64,000 nt of DNA. It comes from Guillardia theta CCMP2712 (taxonomy: Eukaryota; Protista; Cryptophyta). This document shows, piece after piece, positions 24,042 to 36,009 of the stretch; position 1 is the stretch's first letter, and each line of letters begins with the position of its first letter. The stretch lies in contig NW_005434663.1 of the NCBI RefSeq assembly GCF_000315625.1, positions 711,882 to 775,881 of the forward strand, given 5' to 3'. Position numbers and translations under genes: made by a program. The notes beneath the pieces are model-generated. The model did not search any database and was not told where the DNA came from. It saw nothing but the letters and a program-made list of their open reading frames with translations.

Positions 24042-24263
24042 CGCGGGGCAGGAGCTCGGGCTCGACATGGTGGAGAAGGGAGGGAGGGAGGGAGGGAGGG
24101 ACGGTCGGGTAGGGAGGGGGAGGGGAGGTAGGTAGGTAGGTGGGGGGGGAGGGGAACGGGAGGGAGGGAGGGAAGAGATGTTTGAATGCGAGGAATGAGA
24201 CAGGACGAGTAGGAAGGAAGAAGACAGACCTCCATACATTACCAACCTTCTCACTCCGTTGCC

Positions 24264-27200
24264 TCAGCAGTCAACAAACCCTGCCTCTGCCATGAACTCC
24301 CACCTGCACCTCAGACTCAATACCCTCTCCACTTCTGCCTCCCACCTTCCTCCTTCCATCCTCTAGCCTCCCTCCTCCCTCCTCCCTCCTCCCTCCTCTG
24401 TTCTGTCTCCCGTCTCCTTCCTGTCTTGAATGCTTCCTCTCCTCTCTTGNNNNNNNNNNNNNNNNNNNNNNNNNNNNNNNNNNNNNNNNNNNNNNNNNNN
24501 NNNNNNNNNNNNNNNNNNNNNNNNNNNNNNNNNNNNNNNNNNNNNNNNNGGTGTTGTTGGATTTGTTGGAGAAAAATGGGTTCTCGTTGCGTTGCAGGAG
24601 GTTCGCTCACCTCCACGACTGGAACGACAAGTCTGTCTTCTTCTACCTGTTCCGCCAGACCGCGGGTGGGGAAGGAACAGTTCCCCTTTTTGCCCTCTTG
24701 TCGGCGGTGGCGAGGTTCTTCTTGTAGTCTAATCGAGTCGTCTTTGAATCGCTTATCGGACCCACGACCAGGGAGGAGGGAGGAGGTAGGAGAGAGGTGA
24801 GCTCTTGACGTCACCAGGTTGTGCTTCTCAGCCATTGCATCGGACAGCATGGAGTCATTCACTATGGGGGAGAACGAACGAGAGGCCATTGCGTGACCCG
24901 TCGAGAGAAAAATTCCTGCGAGCAGTCAGGAGGAGGAGGAGGAGGAGGAAGATGAGGATATGATCGATGGGTGAAGGAGATGGAAGAGAGGGAGGAGAAG
25001 GATGAACAAAAGAGGGAGTAGGAGGATGAAACAGAGGATGAGAGGAGAAGACGGAGGAGGAGGAGGAGCAGGGAGAGCAGGGGGCAATGCCATGGTTGAG
25101 GTATTACCAATCTCGAGCAGTCTCTGAGAAATGTTCTGATCCTGGGTTTGAGTGCCGACGACGATGAGGAAGGGGGAGGCGAAAGTTTGCCTCACTAGGA
25201 AGGGATGAAGATAGATAGAGGGAAGGGAGGAGGAGGGAGAGGAGAGTCATCAGGATTTTCGTGTGAAGTCGAACAGCTGTACTCACTTGGCCCATAGTTG
25301 ACGACGCTGCGTTGCGATCGGATCCACCCGTCGGTCTCGACAACTTTCCACTCGTTGTTCTCCCTCAGAAGGCTCGTGGACATGCTGCAGAAACCTGTCT
25401 CCTCCTCCTCCTCCCTTGCCCCCTTTCCCCTTCCCCTCCTCCTCCATCATCCTGAAAGGATCACGAGCATCGTCTCAGCTCCTCCCTCGCTGCACACAAG
25501 GAAGCAGGTACACCTGCTGAGCACTTGTTGCTCGATCTCTTGGCCATCCAACACAAGGCGGACAGCGGACGCGTTCCTCTAAGAAGAATGAGCACGCAAC
25601 GACAAACTCTCCTCCTCCCCCTCCTGGCCTCTTCTATCCCTCGATCTCCCCCTCCCCCTCCCCTATCTCCCCCTCCCCCTCCCCTTCATACTCCTCCTCG
25701 CTCCCTGCCCCTCGCTCTTCTCCACTCCTCTCCTCCTCTCACCGTCCATCTTCCGAACTCCCGACACAGCGTGAGGCGAAGAACGTTCACCGTGCCCACC
25801 AAGAGCCACGTTCTCCCCTCCTCCTCCTCCTCCACTTGGATGTCAACCAAGCTTCTCCTGTAAGGGACGACCTGCTGCAGGATACGAATTCCTCCTCTTC
25901 CACTGTGAGTGCTGGTGGGCAGGTCAGCACAAAGGGACGGAGGAGAATGAGGCGCGGACAAGAAACATTCTCCTCCTCCTCCTCCAACTCTCAATGCAGT
26001 CCAAAAGGTCGAACAGCATTATCTACTTCTTTTCCTGCTCATCATCCCCAACAACAACATCAAAAGATTCTACCATTCTCCTGCCTCCTGCCTCCTCCTC
26101 TGACCCATCCCTCCTGTCCTCCCCATACTCCACCCCCTCCTCTTTCCAACCTTTCCTCGTCCTACCCAATTATTCCTCCCCTCCCCTCCATCCTCCCCTT
26201 CCCTCTTCTCCTTCGTCCCCTCCTCCACTTTTCCTCTGCTCACCTCGGGTTGTACACCACGGCCTCCATCCGCTTGCCGAAGGCAGGAAGCGGTTGGCTC
26301 AGCTTCGAGTAGAACTTTCTCAGCTGAGCATCGTTCATCGCTCCTCCATCGCTCTCCTTCTCCGTGTCCCACCACCTGCCCAGCTCGTCCTCATCCCCCC
26401 CACCTCCCTCCCCAGCACACAAAGAGGACCAGTGGGCCTTCCCCGGCAGCTCGTTGAATGTTACCTTCACCCCCTTCTCCTGCACACGACTGGTCACACC
26501 CGCCGCTTTCCTCCTCCACTCCCTTCTCCTTTTCTCTCTCCTCTCCTCAATCCCCCTCCCTCCCCCCCCTCCCTCCCTCTCTCCCTCTCCTCTCCTCTTG
26601 TTCTCCTCCTCATTTGCTCTCCTTCCCTCCCATCCAATCAGCCGGCTCTGCTCTTCATCCCAGTATTCCCCGCGTCTTCTCTCTNNNNNNNNNNNNNNNN
26701 NNNNNNNNNNNNNNNNNNNNNNNNNNNNNNNNNNNNNNNNNNNNNNNNNNNNNNNNNNNNNNNNNNNNNNNNNNNNNNNNNNNNAGAGAGAGAGAGAGAG
26801 AGAGAGAGGGAGGGAGGCGGCGAGGAGGGGGGGGGGATGAAGGAGGGTCAGAACCAGGTCGAAGAGGATGTTTGCATCCGCGTATTCTTCCCTCTTCCAC
26901 CACCCGGACAGAGAGACAACTCCAACAGCCCTGCTGCACCGTCAGGCCCTTGCGTCTCCTTCCCCTCCTTGTTGGAATCTTTCTCGCCTTCCTCCTCTTC
27001 CTCCTCCTCGTCCTCGTCCTCCTCCTCCTCCTCCTTCTACTCCTCCTCCTTCTACTCCTCCTCCCTTCCTCGTCCTCACAACCACCACCACTACCTCCTC
27101 TCGGTCTCCTCCTCCCTCCTCCTCTACTCGCCCTCCCCTCAGCACTTTCACAACCGATCAGGGTGATGCATGCCCATCATCCACGCGCCGTGTCCTCCTC

Positions 27201-27838
27201 GCGAATGACCCGCAAACAGAACTCGACGCGTGTCCACTGAGAAGCCTTGCATGCTCTCCAGCTGAGAGACCAGCTGGACATATCATGAGTGAAGGTCAGG
27301 GAGGAGAAGACGGGGACGGGGAGGGAGTATGGAACCAAAGGAAGAAGGAGAACAGAGGACATGCCAGGAAGCGGAGGAGCCACAGGAGGAAAGAGCAAGG
27401 TAGCGGAGAGCGGAGAGGAAGGGAGGAGGGTAGACTGACATGTTGTAGAGCAGCAAGGCTCTTCACGGCACAGTTGTATCCTGTTCCCTCCCAGTTGTGA
27501 GCTCCATCTCTCTCAGGAGCCAAGATCCAGGCGTCCTGGAAGCCAAACACAAAGTCGCTCCCTCCCTTCTTGTACTTGTGTGAGTCCGCCTGGTCGTTGG
27601 CCTGTACACCGACGCCAGAGAGGGAGAGCAAAACTCCGCATCCTCCCTTCGCCTCGCACTCCTCCGCGTTCCAGGGGCGAACTGCAGCAGCTTGCGCCAC
27701 AGAGCCATCGTGATCAAGGAAGGTGAAGATGAATGACTGCAGGCGGCAGTTAGAACGGAGTGAGAAGAAGTAGGTTTCGACGGGACCGGGAGGAGAGAGA
27801 AGGAGGAGGAGGGGGAGGAGGGGGAGGAAACTAGCCTC

Positions 27839-27905
<67 letters not shown>

Positions 27906-29126
27906 GTCATCATCATCATCATCGTCATCGTCATCATCGCAAATCAACCAGCAATCAACCCACCTGTGACGGCACGCGACAGCGGAAACCGACTTTCAAG
28001 TCCTCCGAGACGGCAGTCGTCACCATGTTGCCGTCATCCTGAAGCTCATCTGCCTCGGCACGCAGCCAGGCATCCAGGCAGCTCCCGTCTCCAGGCGCAC
28101 TGTCAGCCCAGGAGGGATCGAGATCCCCCGACCCTGGCGCTCCTCCCAGCTTGAAGCTCGCTTGCATCATCAGCGTCTGCCCCGGTGCCACCCACACCCC
28201 CTCCTCCCCCGGAGCTTCCTGAGTGACCACAGGAAGGAATTTCTTCCCCCTCGCCCAGCTGCTGAGGGCCTGCCGGGGGACCTCCGACCTCGACACCCTG
28301 ACGCGGATCTTCTTCCAAGAGGAGCCGAGGTTCGCCACAGGGAGGGAGAGCAGGCCGGAGGTCAGCCTGCCCCCGACTATGTCCGGCACCGAGGAGGAGG
28401 GCCTGTGGATCGACACCTCCCTCTCGCTCACCCTCCGCACCGAGCACGCGATGGTGGCAGAGGCCTTGGATCGCACCCGGATGAAGATGGTGTGCTTGCC
28501 CTGCTCCAGAGCCAGCGTGCTCCGCGCCCAGCCTGTCGAGTACACGTCGCCATGGAGCAGCCGGTGGTTATCTACCTCGACATGGTGGGCGCCCGTGCAG
28601 AGCAGGGAGAAGTGACCGCCGTGCTCGACGATGAAGTCAGACACCAGCCAGCCCTGGAACTCAAGTCCCGACATCTTGCTGATCGACTGGATCACCTTGT
28701 TGAAGTCCACGTTGGCCCTCTCCCCCAGCGGGAAGCTCAGAGCCACGACCCCGTTCTGGGTCTTGAGCTTCGTCCAGCCCGCCTTGCCCCCCTGCACCAG
28801 TTCGGAGAAGAACACCTTGTTCTTCTGCCTCGTGAGGTTGCGGATCCCTCCGTGCGCCTCCACCGGGTCTCCATCGATCTCCGTCTTTCCTGCGACAGCT
28901 GTCACAGGCAAAGCCAAGTAAGCGACCAGGCAGAAAGCATGGCGATACCGATCGAGAAGGGACCGAGGAAAGCCCACGGGCCGAGTATGTTCCAGTCACC
29001 GACGTCTTTGACTACCGTCCAAGGAGAGCTTTGCGACTTCCCTCTGTTCGAAGAGGCTGCAGCCATGTCCGTCCCTGAGCAGCAGAGGAGCAGGAAGAGG
29101 AGGGCGCTCTCTGTTCCCTTCACCAT
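24264..29126 (-). CDS. Secreted alpha/beta-hydrolase, peptidase S9-like (ARB_06907-type family); spans two assembly gaps
   Basis: Signal-like N-terminus (MVKGTESALLFLLLCCSG), W.FLGPFSIGKTEIDGDPVEAHGG, SFIFTFLDHDGSV, LAPERDGAHNWEGTG, nucleophile elbow FAGHSRGGHGAW, GKAHWWWDT, YGPMRQTFASPFLIVVGT. Terminal exon WEFMAEAGFVDC* (stop 24264-24266). Some exons are lost in the N gaps. Confidence 0.8.
24450..24549. other. Assembly gap (100 N)
   Basis: Run of N. Identical 100-N gaps at 26685-26784, 43447-43546 and 56043-56142, all adjacent to low-complexity intron sequence. Confidence 1.
27840..27937 (+). repeat. (CAT)n microsatellite in hydrolase intron
   Basis: Long ATC/CAT run giving a spurious poly-Met ORF on the minus strand. 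Confidence 0.95.
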
Positions 29127-29464
29127 CAGCAAGCGCTGGAGTTTTCTGCCCGCCCGTGTATCCATGCTCAGACGTTTGATCGTCTTACCTCCTCCTCCTC
29201 CTCCTCCCCCTCCCCCTCCCTCCCCCTCCCTTCCCTGCCTTTCCGCCACTCTTCCATGGATCCGCATTTCCACCCGAAAGCCAATACCCTCACCCCCTAA
29301 ATTCCTCTTTACTACCCGGTCCTTGGACTATCCCTGGCACAAAGCAAAACTTCAAAGGATTCGAGGGGAGGAGAGCCAGGAGAGGATGAGACGAGGCGGA
29401 GGAGGATGGCGAGGAAGACATGGCAGAGGACGAGACGAGACATGAGGCTCCAGACACGATCAAG

Positions 29465-29545
29465 ACGTTCGATGTTCCTTCACACCCAACACGTTCGATG
29501 TTCCTTCACACCCTACACGTTCGATGTTCCTACACACCCTACACG
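29465..29545 (+). repeat. 26-bp tandem minisatellite x3
   Basis: ACGTTCGATGTTCCT(T/A)CACACCC(A/T)AC repeated head-to-tail three times, no spacers; immediately 3' of the EsV-1-7 gene stop. Confidence 0.9.
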
Positions 29546-29565
29546 CTCCATGCTTCTCCTTCAGC

Positions 29566-30998
29566 TTAGCTGCCCCTCGCTCGTGCACACTTCCTGCCTG
29601 CCCTCTGAGGCCTGAGCAGTGAGACGGAGACGGTCTTGCTCTTGTGCAGCTTGCAGAAGGAGGAGCTGCATGTAGAGCTGGCGTTGAAGATTGGCTGAGC
29701 ATCGCAACCTTCAGGGTGCCTGTGGATCATCGGGGGGTTCAGATCAGCGGACCAACTAGCTATCCCTTAGACTGCCTCCTCCCTCCTCCCTCCTCCCTCC
29801 TCCCTCCTCCCTCTTCCCTCCTCCCTCCCCTTGACCTGCATCTCCGCTTCTTGAGGAGGCAGTCCGTGCTCCTCTTATGAATGTGGCAGAATCTGGGTAT
29901 CTTCTCCTGAAGGAAGACATACCGTCATGGCAGCTGACGCCTCCTATCCCCCGCGTCCTCCACACCTCCGGGTCCCCGAACGAGCATTGCCTGTCGCAGC
30001 CCTCGATGTGGCCGCACAGCCTATTGACGGTGACAAATCTGGGGAGAGCGGTTAGCAATCGCCAGCCGCAGTGTCGCAAGGAAGACCCCGGCGGTCGATG
30101 CTTGGCACAGAACAACTTCTGCACGCCTGGAGTAGCAGTCAGCTCCACTCCCTCGTCGCAGATGCTCCATCACCGTCCACGTGTCGGAAAGAGGCATGCG
30201 ACTTGCAGCCTGTCCAGAGCAAGTCAACGGAGCTCCAGATCTCAGTCCTCTTGCGGACCCAACTGCCGGCAGAACTTCCCCCTCGTGTCGTAGTAGCCCT
30301 CCTGAGCCATCCTCTTAGTACGAGCTTCCATGCTCTGAGAAGCTGCAACCCTGGGGCAGTGCTCACGGCAGTAGGAGGGAACCTTGGACTCGGCAGTGCC
30401 AAAGGACGGCATCTTGGCGCAGTTGGGATGCTGGCAAGGCATGTTCCACGTCTTGGACTTGGACGTTCTTCCCTTCCCCTTCCCGCTGGACGTGCGGAAG
30501 AGCTTCACATGCCATGTCAGTGCCAGCAGTGACGGAGGTCCTCCCAACTACCTCCTCGACCAGCAGGGTCTTCTTACCCCTCCACTTCCTCGGACAAAAC
30601 TGGTCAATACCGGCCTTCCTCGCGAGGTTCCCAAGGGCGACAGCAAACTGTGAGAAGTTGACGAGCTTCAAGCTCCCGTCCGACTCTTGTGCGATCTCAA
30701 TGAACGTATTGTTGATCGCCTCCTCCTCGCAGTACTGATGGAACCCCAGCTCCCGGGAGATACTGATGAACTCGCTCAGCGTGCAGCTGCTCCTCTTGTC
30801 CGTCTGCTGGATGCTCGGGCTGAGATCCGCAAGATTCACAAAATTTCCTCTATGACCCTCCATTGCTAGTGGAGCTTACAGTCAGTCTTTGCCAGGTGCA
30901 GGGCCACGCGGAGGAACTTCACCTGCAATGGAGCGGTCCTGGCCAACGAAGGAGGCGATCAGAATGAAAGCGAGCCATCGGCCCGACAGGTGAATCAT
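29566..30998 (-). CDS. EsV-1-7 cysteine-rich repeat protein with signal-like N-terminus and p25alpha/EF-hand-like helical domain
   Basis: Repeats CQHPNCAKMPSFGTAESKVPSYCREH, GCKSHASF...KLFCAKH, CGHIEGCDRQCSFGDPE..PRFCHIH, CRHPEGCDAQPIFN...FCKLH match the EsV-1-7 pattern. Exon 1 is MIHLSGRWLAFILIASFVGQDRSIA; helical segment LSEFISISRELG...INNTFIEIA...VNFSQFAVALGNLARK; stop TAA 29566-29568. Confidence 0.8.
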
Positions 30999-31149
30999 GG
31001 CCCCCTTCATCCTCTGCCATCATGGACCCCATGTTGCGGCAACAGATGCGCAGCGCACGAGCTGTGGATTCCTGAAGCAACCTATCTGAGGGAGAACCAT
31101 GTCAGGTCGATCGAGACAAGAACAAGGATGATATGTGAAATCATCAGCT

Positions 31150-31250
31150 TCATCAGCACGAGATCATCTTCTTTCCTCATCGGCACGAGATCATCTTCTT
31201 TCCTCATCGGCACGAGATCATCTTCTTTTCTCATCAGCACGAGATCATAT
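31150..31250 (+). repeat. 27-bp tandem minisatellite (~3.5 copies)
   Basis: TCATC(A/G)GCACGAGATCATCTTCTTT(C/T)C units in the divergent intergenic region; produces MRKEDDLVP repeats in a likely spurious ORF. Confidence 0.9.
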
Positions 31251-31836
31251 TGCATTTCCTCCTCCTCTCCCCCTCCTCCTTGCTCTGCACATCCTGCTCC
31301 GTGAAAGAGCATGTGCCGGCACATGGAGGGGCGCATTGCTTGTGGCTCGCTGCCCTCAAACTCAACCAACACGTGACCGTTGTTGCAGACGGATATTTAT
31401 TGCTGTCTTTTTTTTTTAATAAATAATTACAGTGAGGCAGACTTGAAACACTATTCAAATATTCGATTTAGCTGACTGAGAGCAGATGAGGCGCGCTCAC
31501 AGGTTCGTCTCAGTTTGTGCTGTCATGACAATGCAGGAAGGCAGCGGAGGCGAGGGAGGAGGCAGGATGGGAGAAGGAGGGAGATGAAGGAGAAGGAGGA
31601 TGGGATATGAGGTCATGGAAGAGCGTGGATCGTTTCAGTGAGATCATAAGGGATGGAGCATGACATGGACATGAAAAGGGAGGCAGTCGAAGGCTCGATT
31701 CAGACAGTTTGCGAGTAGGGATACACTAGGGAGAGAGGTGGGAAGGGAAGAGAGCAACTGTTTACCTGCATCATCTGAACGGAGTTTACTTGTAGGAGCA
31801 CTGCCAAGCTGCTCAATGTTACGGTAGATCAACGGC

Positions 31837-34211
31837 ATGATTCTCTTTGTGCGAAAATGCTGCGAATGCGAGGTGAGCGGGCGCAGCTTCGTTTGCTCTC
31901 CCTCGTGTGACCGTGAGCGGGACAGATTGAAAGAAATCTTCAGGGTGAAGATACATGTAAGCGGCCGGATAAGGAAGACGGCGATTTCCTCCCAGCACCA
32001 TTGTCTCATTACTGTTGTGTATGCGCCAAGAGAAACAAATGGACGCATTTCTCCGACAGGTGCCTATGGCATGGCTACTGTGCTCCTCCTTACCTTCTGC
32101 TGGCTACAGAGCATGTGAAAATTGCAGGGCCAGGGATAGAAAATCTAGGGAGATGGCGAGCGGGTTGAGCACGGGGTCGGGTGGTGGGCCCGCGGCAAGA
32201 GGGGATGAGAGCTCGAGGGCCATGGAGGACTTTGTGAATGTGCACTGGGAGTTCGCCCGAGACTGCGAAGCATTCGCAAAGTTGGACACCATGATACAGG
32301 AAAGAGCAGGCGCGCTCGACTCGAGGGCCCGTGAAGGTGAGCAGCCGGAGGGGTCGCAGGCCCGAACTGCGGGCAACCGTATGACAGAGTTTTTGACAGA
32401 GATTCGTAAAGAGTGCGAGGTGATTCGACAGGCGGCGATCGAGCAAGCGACGAAGGAAGCTGAGATCTTCACTGCCCGCATCCTGAAGCAGGTCCAAGAG
32501 ACATCGCAGAGTCAGATGAGGGAAGCGCAGGCCGAGGTGGCAGAGCTGATGGCGATCGCCAGAAAGGAGGCACACGAGATCGTTGAGGCTGCCCAGCGCC
32601 AGGCTTCAGAAGAGCTTGACAATGCGCGTAAGGTTGCACACCAAATGATGGTTGAGTCCAAGGCAGAGGCGGAAAGAATTATGGAGGATGCCGAAACCAA
32701 AGTTGCAGGAGCTGAATCCTGGGTCGAGATAGGCAGAGGAGGCGACGGCTGGCATCGTCCGTCAATGGCTGTCTTCTTTCGGGGAGAGCTGGAGGCAGCA
32801 ACGGGAGGATTTGCCAAGGAAAATTGCGCAGGATCAGGAGGGTTCGGTAGCGTCTACAAGGCCGACCAACTGGATGGGCTGGGAAACGGAGCGCCCATGG
32901 CGATCAAGAAGCTAGACTCTGGGAGCATGCAAGGACATGGAGAGTTTTTGCAGGAGCTCCAGGTCCTCGGCGGCTGTCGACACGAGCACCTGCTGCCTGT
33001 GATCGGGTTCGCATCTGATTCGGCGAGTGCGTCGTCGGGTCAGAAGGATCAGTCCGACTCGTCAGTCTGTCTCGTCATGCCACTGATGCAGGGCGGAAAC
33101 CTGGAGGATCGGCTCTTCTGCAACGAGGGCTCGGACAGCCGACTGAGTCTCCTCTGCCACCGCAAGCAGCTGGAGCCCTTGAAGTGGCAGGACCGCCTGC
33201 GAATCATTACAGGGTTGATCCGGGCCCTGCTCTACCTGCACACCCCTGACACCTCCCGGTGTAAGCCTGTCATCTTACACCGGGACATCAAGCCAGCAAA
33301 CATTCTGCTTGACAAGAGGCTCAACGCTCGGCTGTCGGACGTCGGACTTGCCCAGCTGCTCAGCTCAAGGAGGAAGCATGTCTCCAACTCCTTCGTTTGC
33401 GGCACCCATGGGTACCTGGACCCTCACTACCTTCAGACTGGACACTTCGACGTTCAGTGCGATGCATATGCGGTGGGAGTGACCATGTTGATGACATTGA
33501 CCTCTACGCCTGTTTATTATGATGGGGAGACGATCGTGGATCGGTGAGACAGTTTACTGCCTTATCTACCCACATCTCCAGCCCCTGACGTTGAAGCAGC
33601 TGCATGGATGCCGAAGTTCCCGATATAGTAGACGCGAAGGCTTGCTGGCCTATGGAAGTCGCGGAGAAGTTTCATGAGATCTCCCTTGGGCTTCTCAAAT
33701 TTCCCCGCAGAGAGAGGATTTCCTTGTCCGATGCCTTAGGGTCTGCTTCCCCTTCCTTTCGCCGTGCTGCTGCTCAACTGTCTGCAGGATGCTCGAAGGC
33801 GTCATCAACCAGTTCTCTATCCCCGTCTTCATCGCCGAAAGCGGGCAGGACGATTCCAACCGCTCTCAAGAGTGCGTCATGTGTATGTGCAGGCCTCGTC
33901 AGGTCCCTCTTCCGTCGGCTCTGCCGGGCCTGCCTCACTGACGCTCGCTGTCTCAGGTGCGCTTCAAGTGCAGTCACTGTATGCTGTGCGAGGGCTGCCT
34001 CAAGTACTTCCTCTCCCGGGCTAGGCCGCTGTGCCCCTGCTGCGAGACGCTGGTGGACGAAGACTTGATCGTCGCCCGCTACATCCCTGTAAACCCAGAG
34101 CCCGCGGCCTCGAGCGGAGGCTTCGCTGCGAGGCTGCTGCACGCCAACAGGATGTCTCGCTCTCTCCTGCGCGAAGTGTTTGACATGCAGCACCTGCTGA
34201 GCCACCAGTGA
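31837..34211 (+). CDS. RLK/Pelle (IRAK-like, RLCK-IX-like) cytoplasmic kinase with N-terminal Cys cluster and coiled coil and a C-terminal RING-HC finger
   Basis: F...ELEAATGGF, GSGGFGSVYK, AIKKL..GSMQG..EFLQELQVLG.CRHEHL, LKWQDRLRI, LHRDIKPANILLD, RLSDVGLA, GTHGYLDPHYLQTG, VDAKACWPMEVAEKF. Spliced tail ECVMCMCRPRQVRFKCSHCMLCEGCLKYFLSRARPLCPCC; stop 34209-34211. First three short exons inferred. Confidence 0.9.
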
Positions 34212-34378
34212 CGCCGAGCAGCAGGGGAGGAGGAGGATGTGTAGCGGACCCGCCTAGTCCAAGTGTGAAACTCAGGCGTCCTGCGGGAGCGTCGCTGGGG
34301 AAGTACAAGTGGATGGGGAGTGGAGTTGTAGTTGTTATTCTAATCGAGCTTGTGATGAGACACCTGTCCCTGGCGACT

Positions 34379-34577
<199 letters not shown>

Positions 34578-35370
34578 CAGCCGAATATGTCGGGAAGCTG
34601 ACGAAGAGCGAGCATGCTCTGAAAGGATCTGCTCTTGCTCTAGGTAGATCGCAGCCTGAAATCTGCCTAAAGTTCCTGAAAGCGAAAGGGAAAAATGAAT
34701 TTTCCTCTTGCCTTGCTGCAGAGAGAGACAGAAGTATGTAGCAGTAACAGCACGTGGCAGTGCGCTCTACCCTGGTTGTCCACGACAGGTCACAATCGTT
34801 CACCTTCCATCTTCCTATTCATATATGAGAGTGCCCTCACTCCGTTAGATTCTGGGAAGCTTGTGCTGCGCTTGCTACGCCAGGTGTGAAGTTTACAAGG
34901 AGGATTCGAGCCTGGAATACTGGCGCCCTAGCTCAAAGAGCGCTGGTATCCAGACGGCCCTCGGAGCTTGACTGGGCTGGCAGGGGCACTAGGTGGGGTC
35001 TAAAGATGTAGCAGGGGATTCCCGCGCGTGTCTGAGCCAGAGGTGATCTCAGTGGGCTCCAGCCATCGTTACCCTCCTCTGAACCTCCTTTGGTGGCTCG
35101 GAGTCCGAGCGAGGCTGTCTTGATGACGCTGGTCATGCGATGACCTGATCAAGGTTGGATGTACGTGAACACGATGTTGACGGGAGATCAGGGGCCTGCC
35201 GTGATCGACTTCCAGTTGATCGCAATCATGGATAGGTGTCATCACATCTTGTTAGGCAGACAATTATGTCTGGACACTTCATGTGAATCTCTTATTCATT
35301 CGAATCGCTGACTAGACGTTATCTACATTGTTTCCCTAAACATATCAATATTCCTCAATGATCAAAATGC

Positions 35371-35841
35371 TCAAGTCCCTTCTCCGATTCGAACTTCAAC
35401 CGAGGTGTTGCTTCCGCATTCCTCCCCATCCTCCTGGCGCTCCTCCTTCTCTCCCTCTACTTTCTCCTCCTCTTCTTCCTTCTCCCCTTCTCCTTCCTCT
35501 CCTCCTTCTCCTGCCCACCTTTCTCCTTCAGCACTTCCAGGGTTCGAGTGTAAGCTGCTCGATCTACTTGACTTCCTCTGCTTTGCTCTTAGAATGTTCT
35601 GATACAGAAGGTCTTCGCCTATGTCCTCCTCCAAGGGACTGGTGTTCGGGTTCCTTTCTTTCTGGCACCGAGCAACATAAGCCTCCTGCAGTCGATCCAG
35701 GTGGAATACTTTCCTTTTCTGCTTGTTCTCTGGCGCTACATTGACGTCGTTCCTCTCGGACGTGCCAGCGTGCGGAGTGCCCTCCTGCATGCCGGAACGC
35801 ACAGGAACAACACTGACTCTGATGTGCCGGGGATTATACAT
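35371..35841 (-). CDS. Small intronless orphan protein (156 aa), homologous to the 37219 and 39427 ORFs, with acidic tail
   Basis: Shares K.K.F.L...Q..Y and L+..NIL.A+++ motifs with the two downstream ORFs; GGGGT island upstream. Confidence 0.65.
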   Translation of the reverse strand: MYNPRHIRVSVVPVRSGMQEGTPHAGTSERNDVNVAPENKQKRKVFHLDRLQEAYVARCQKERNPNTSPLEEDIGEDLLYQNILRAKQRKSSRSSSLHSNPGSAEGERWAGEGGEEGEGEKEEEEEKVEGEKEERQEDGEECGSNTSVEVRIGEGT

Positions 35842-36009
35842 TATCTTCTCCCTTGATCCACATGACCATCAGTCCCGTGATGCCTTGGGCCTCAGTGCCG
35901 GATCAAGAAGCTGCCCGATCGAATCCTTTCCGAGGGATGGGTGCGAGCAAACTGAGAGACGAGGAGGAAGCGATCGAGTGTGAGAGAGGTGGCAATAGCC
36001 ACAGCTTAC

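Noticed and set aside
22110-24254. Long antisense ORFs (also 28162-29445, 44712-45800, 13185-14060)
   Set aside because: Shadows of GC-rich coding exons on the opposite strand, with no domain motifs of their own.
24230-24305. Minus-strand FVDC-TGA-GNGVRRLVMYG looked like a Cys-Sec (SelN-like CUG) selenoprotein motif
   Set aside because: WEFMAEAGFVDC fits the expected C-terminus of the S9-like hydrolase family, so the TGA is best read as its normal stop; no convincing SECIS downstream.
29465-31250. 26-bp and 27-bp repeats as a possible CRISPR-like array
   Set aside because: Units are directly adjacent with no unique spacers, there are no cas genes, and the context is eukaryotic: ordinary minisatellites.
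34600-35260. Coding-like stretch with splice-like signals between the kinase and the small ORF
   Set aside because: I could not assemble a stop-free model on either strand; it may be a gene remnant, but this is unsupported.
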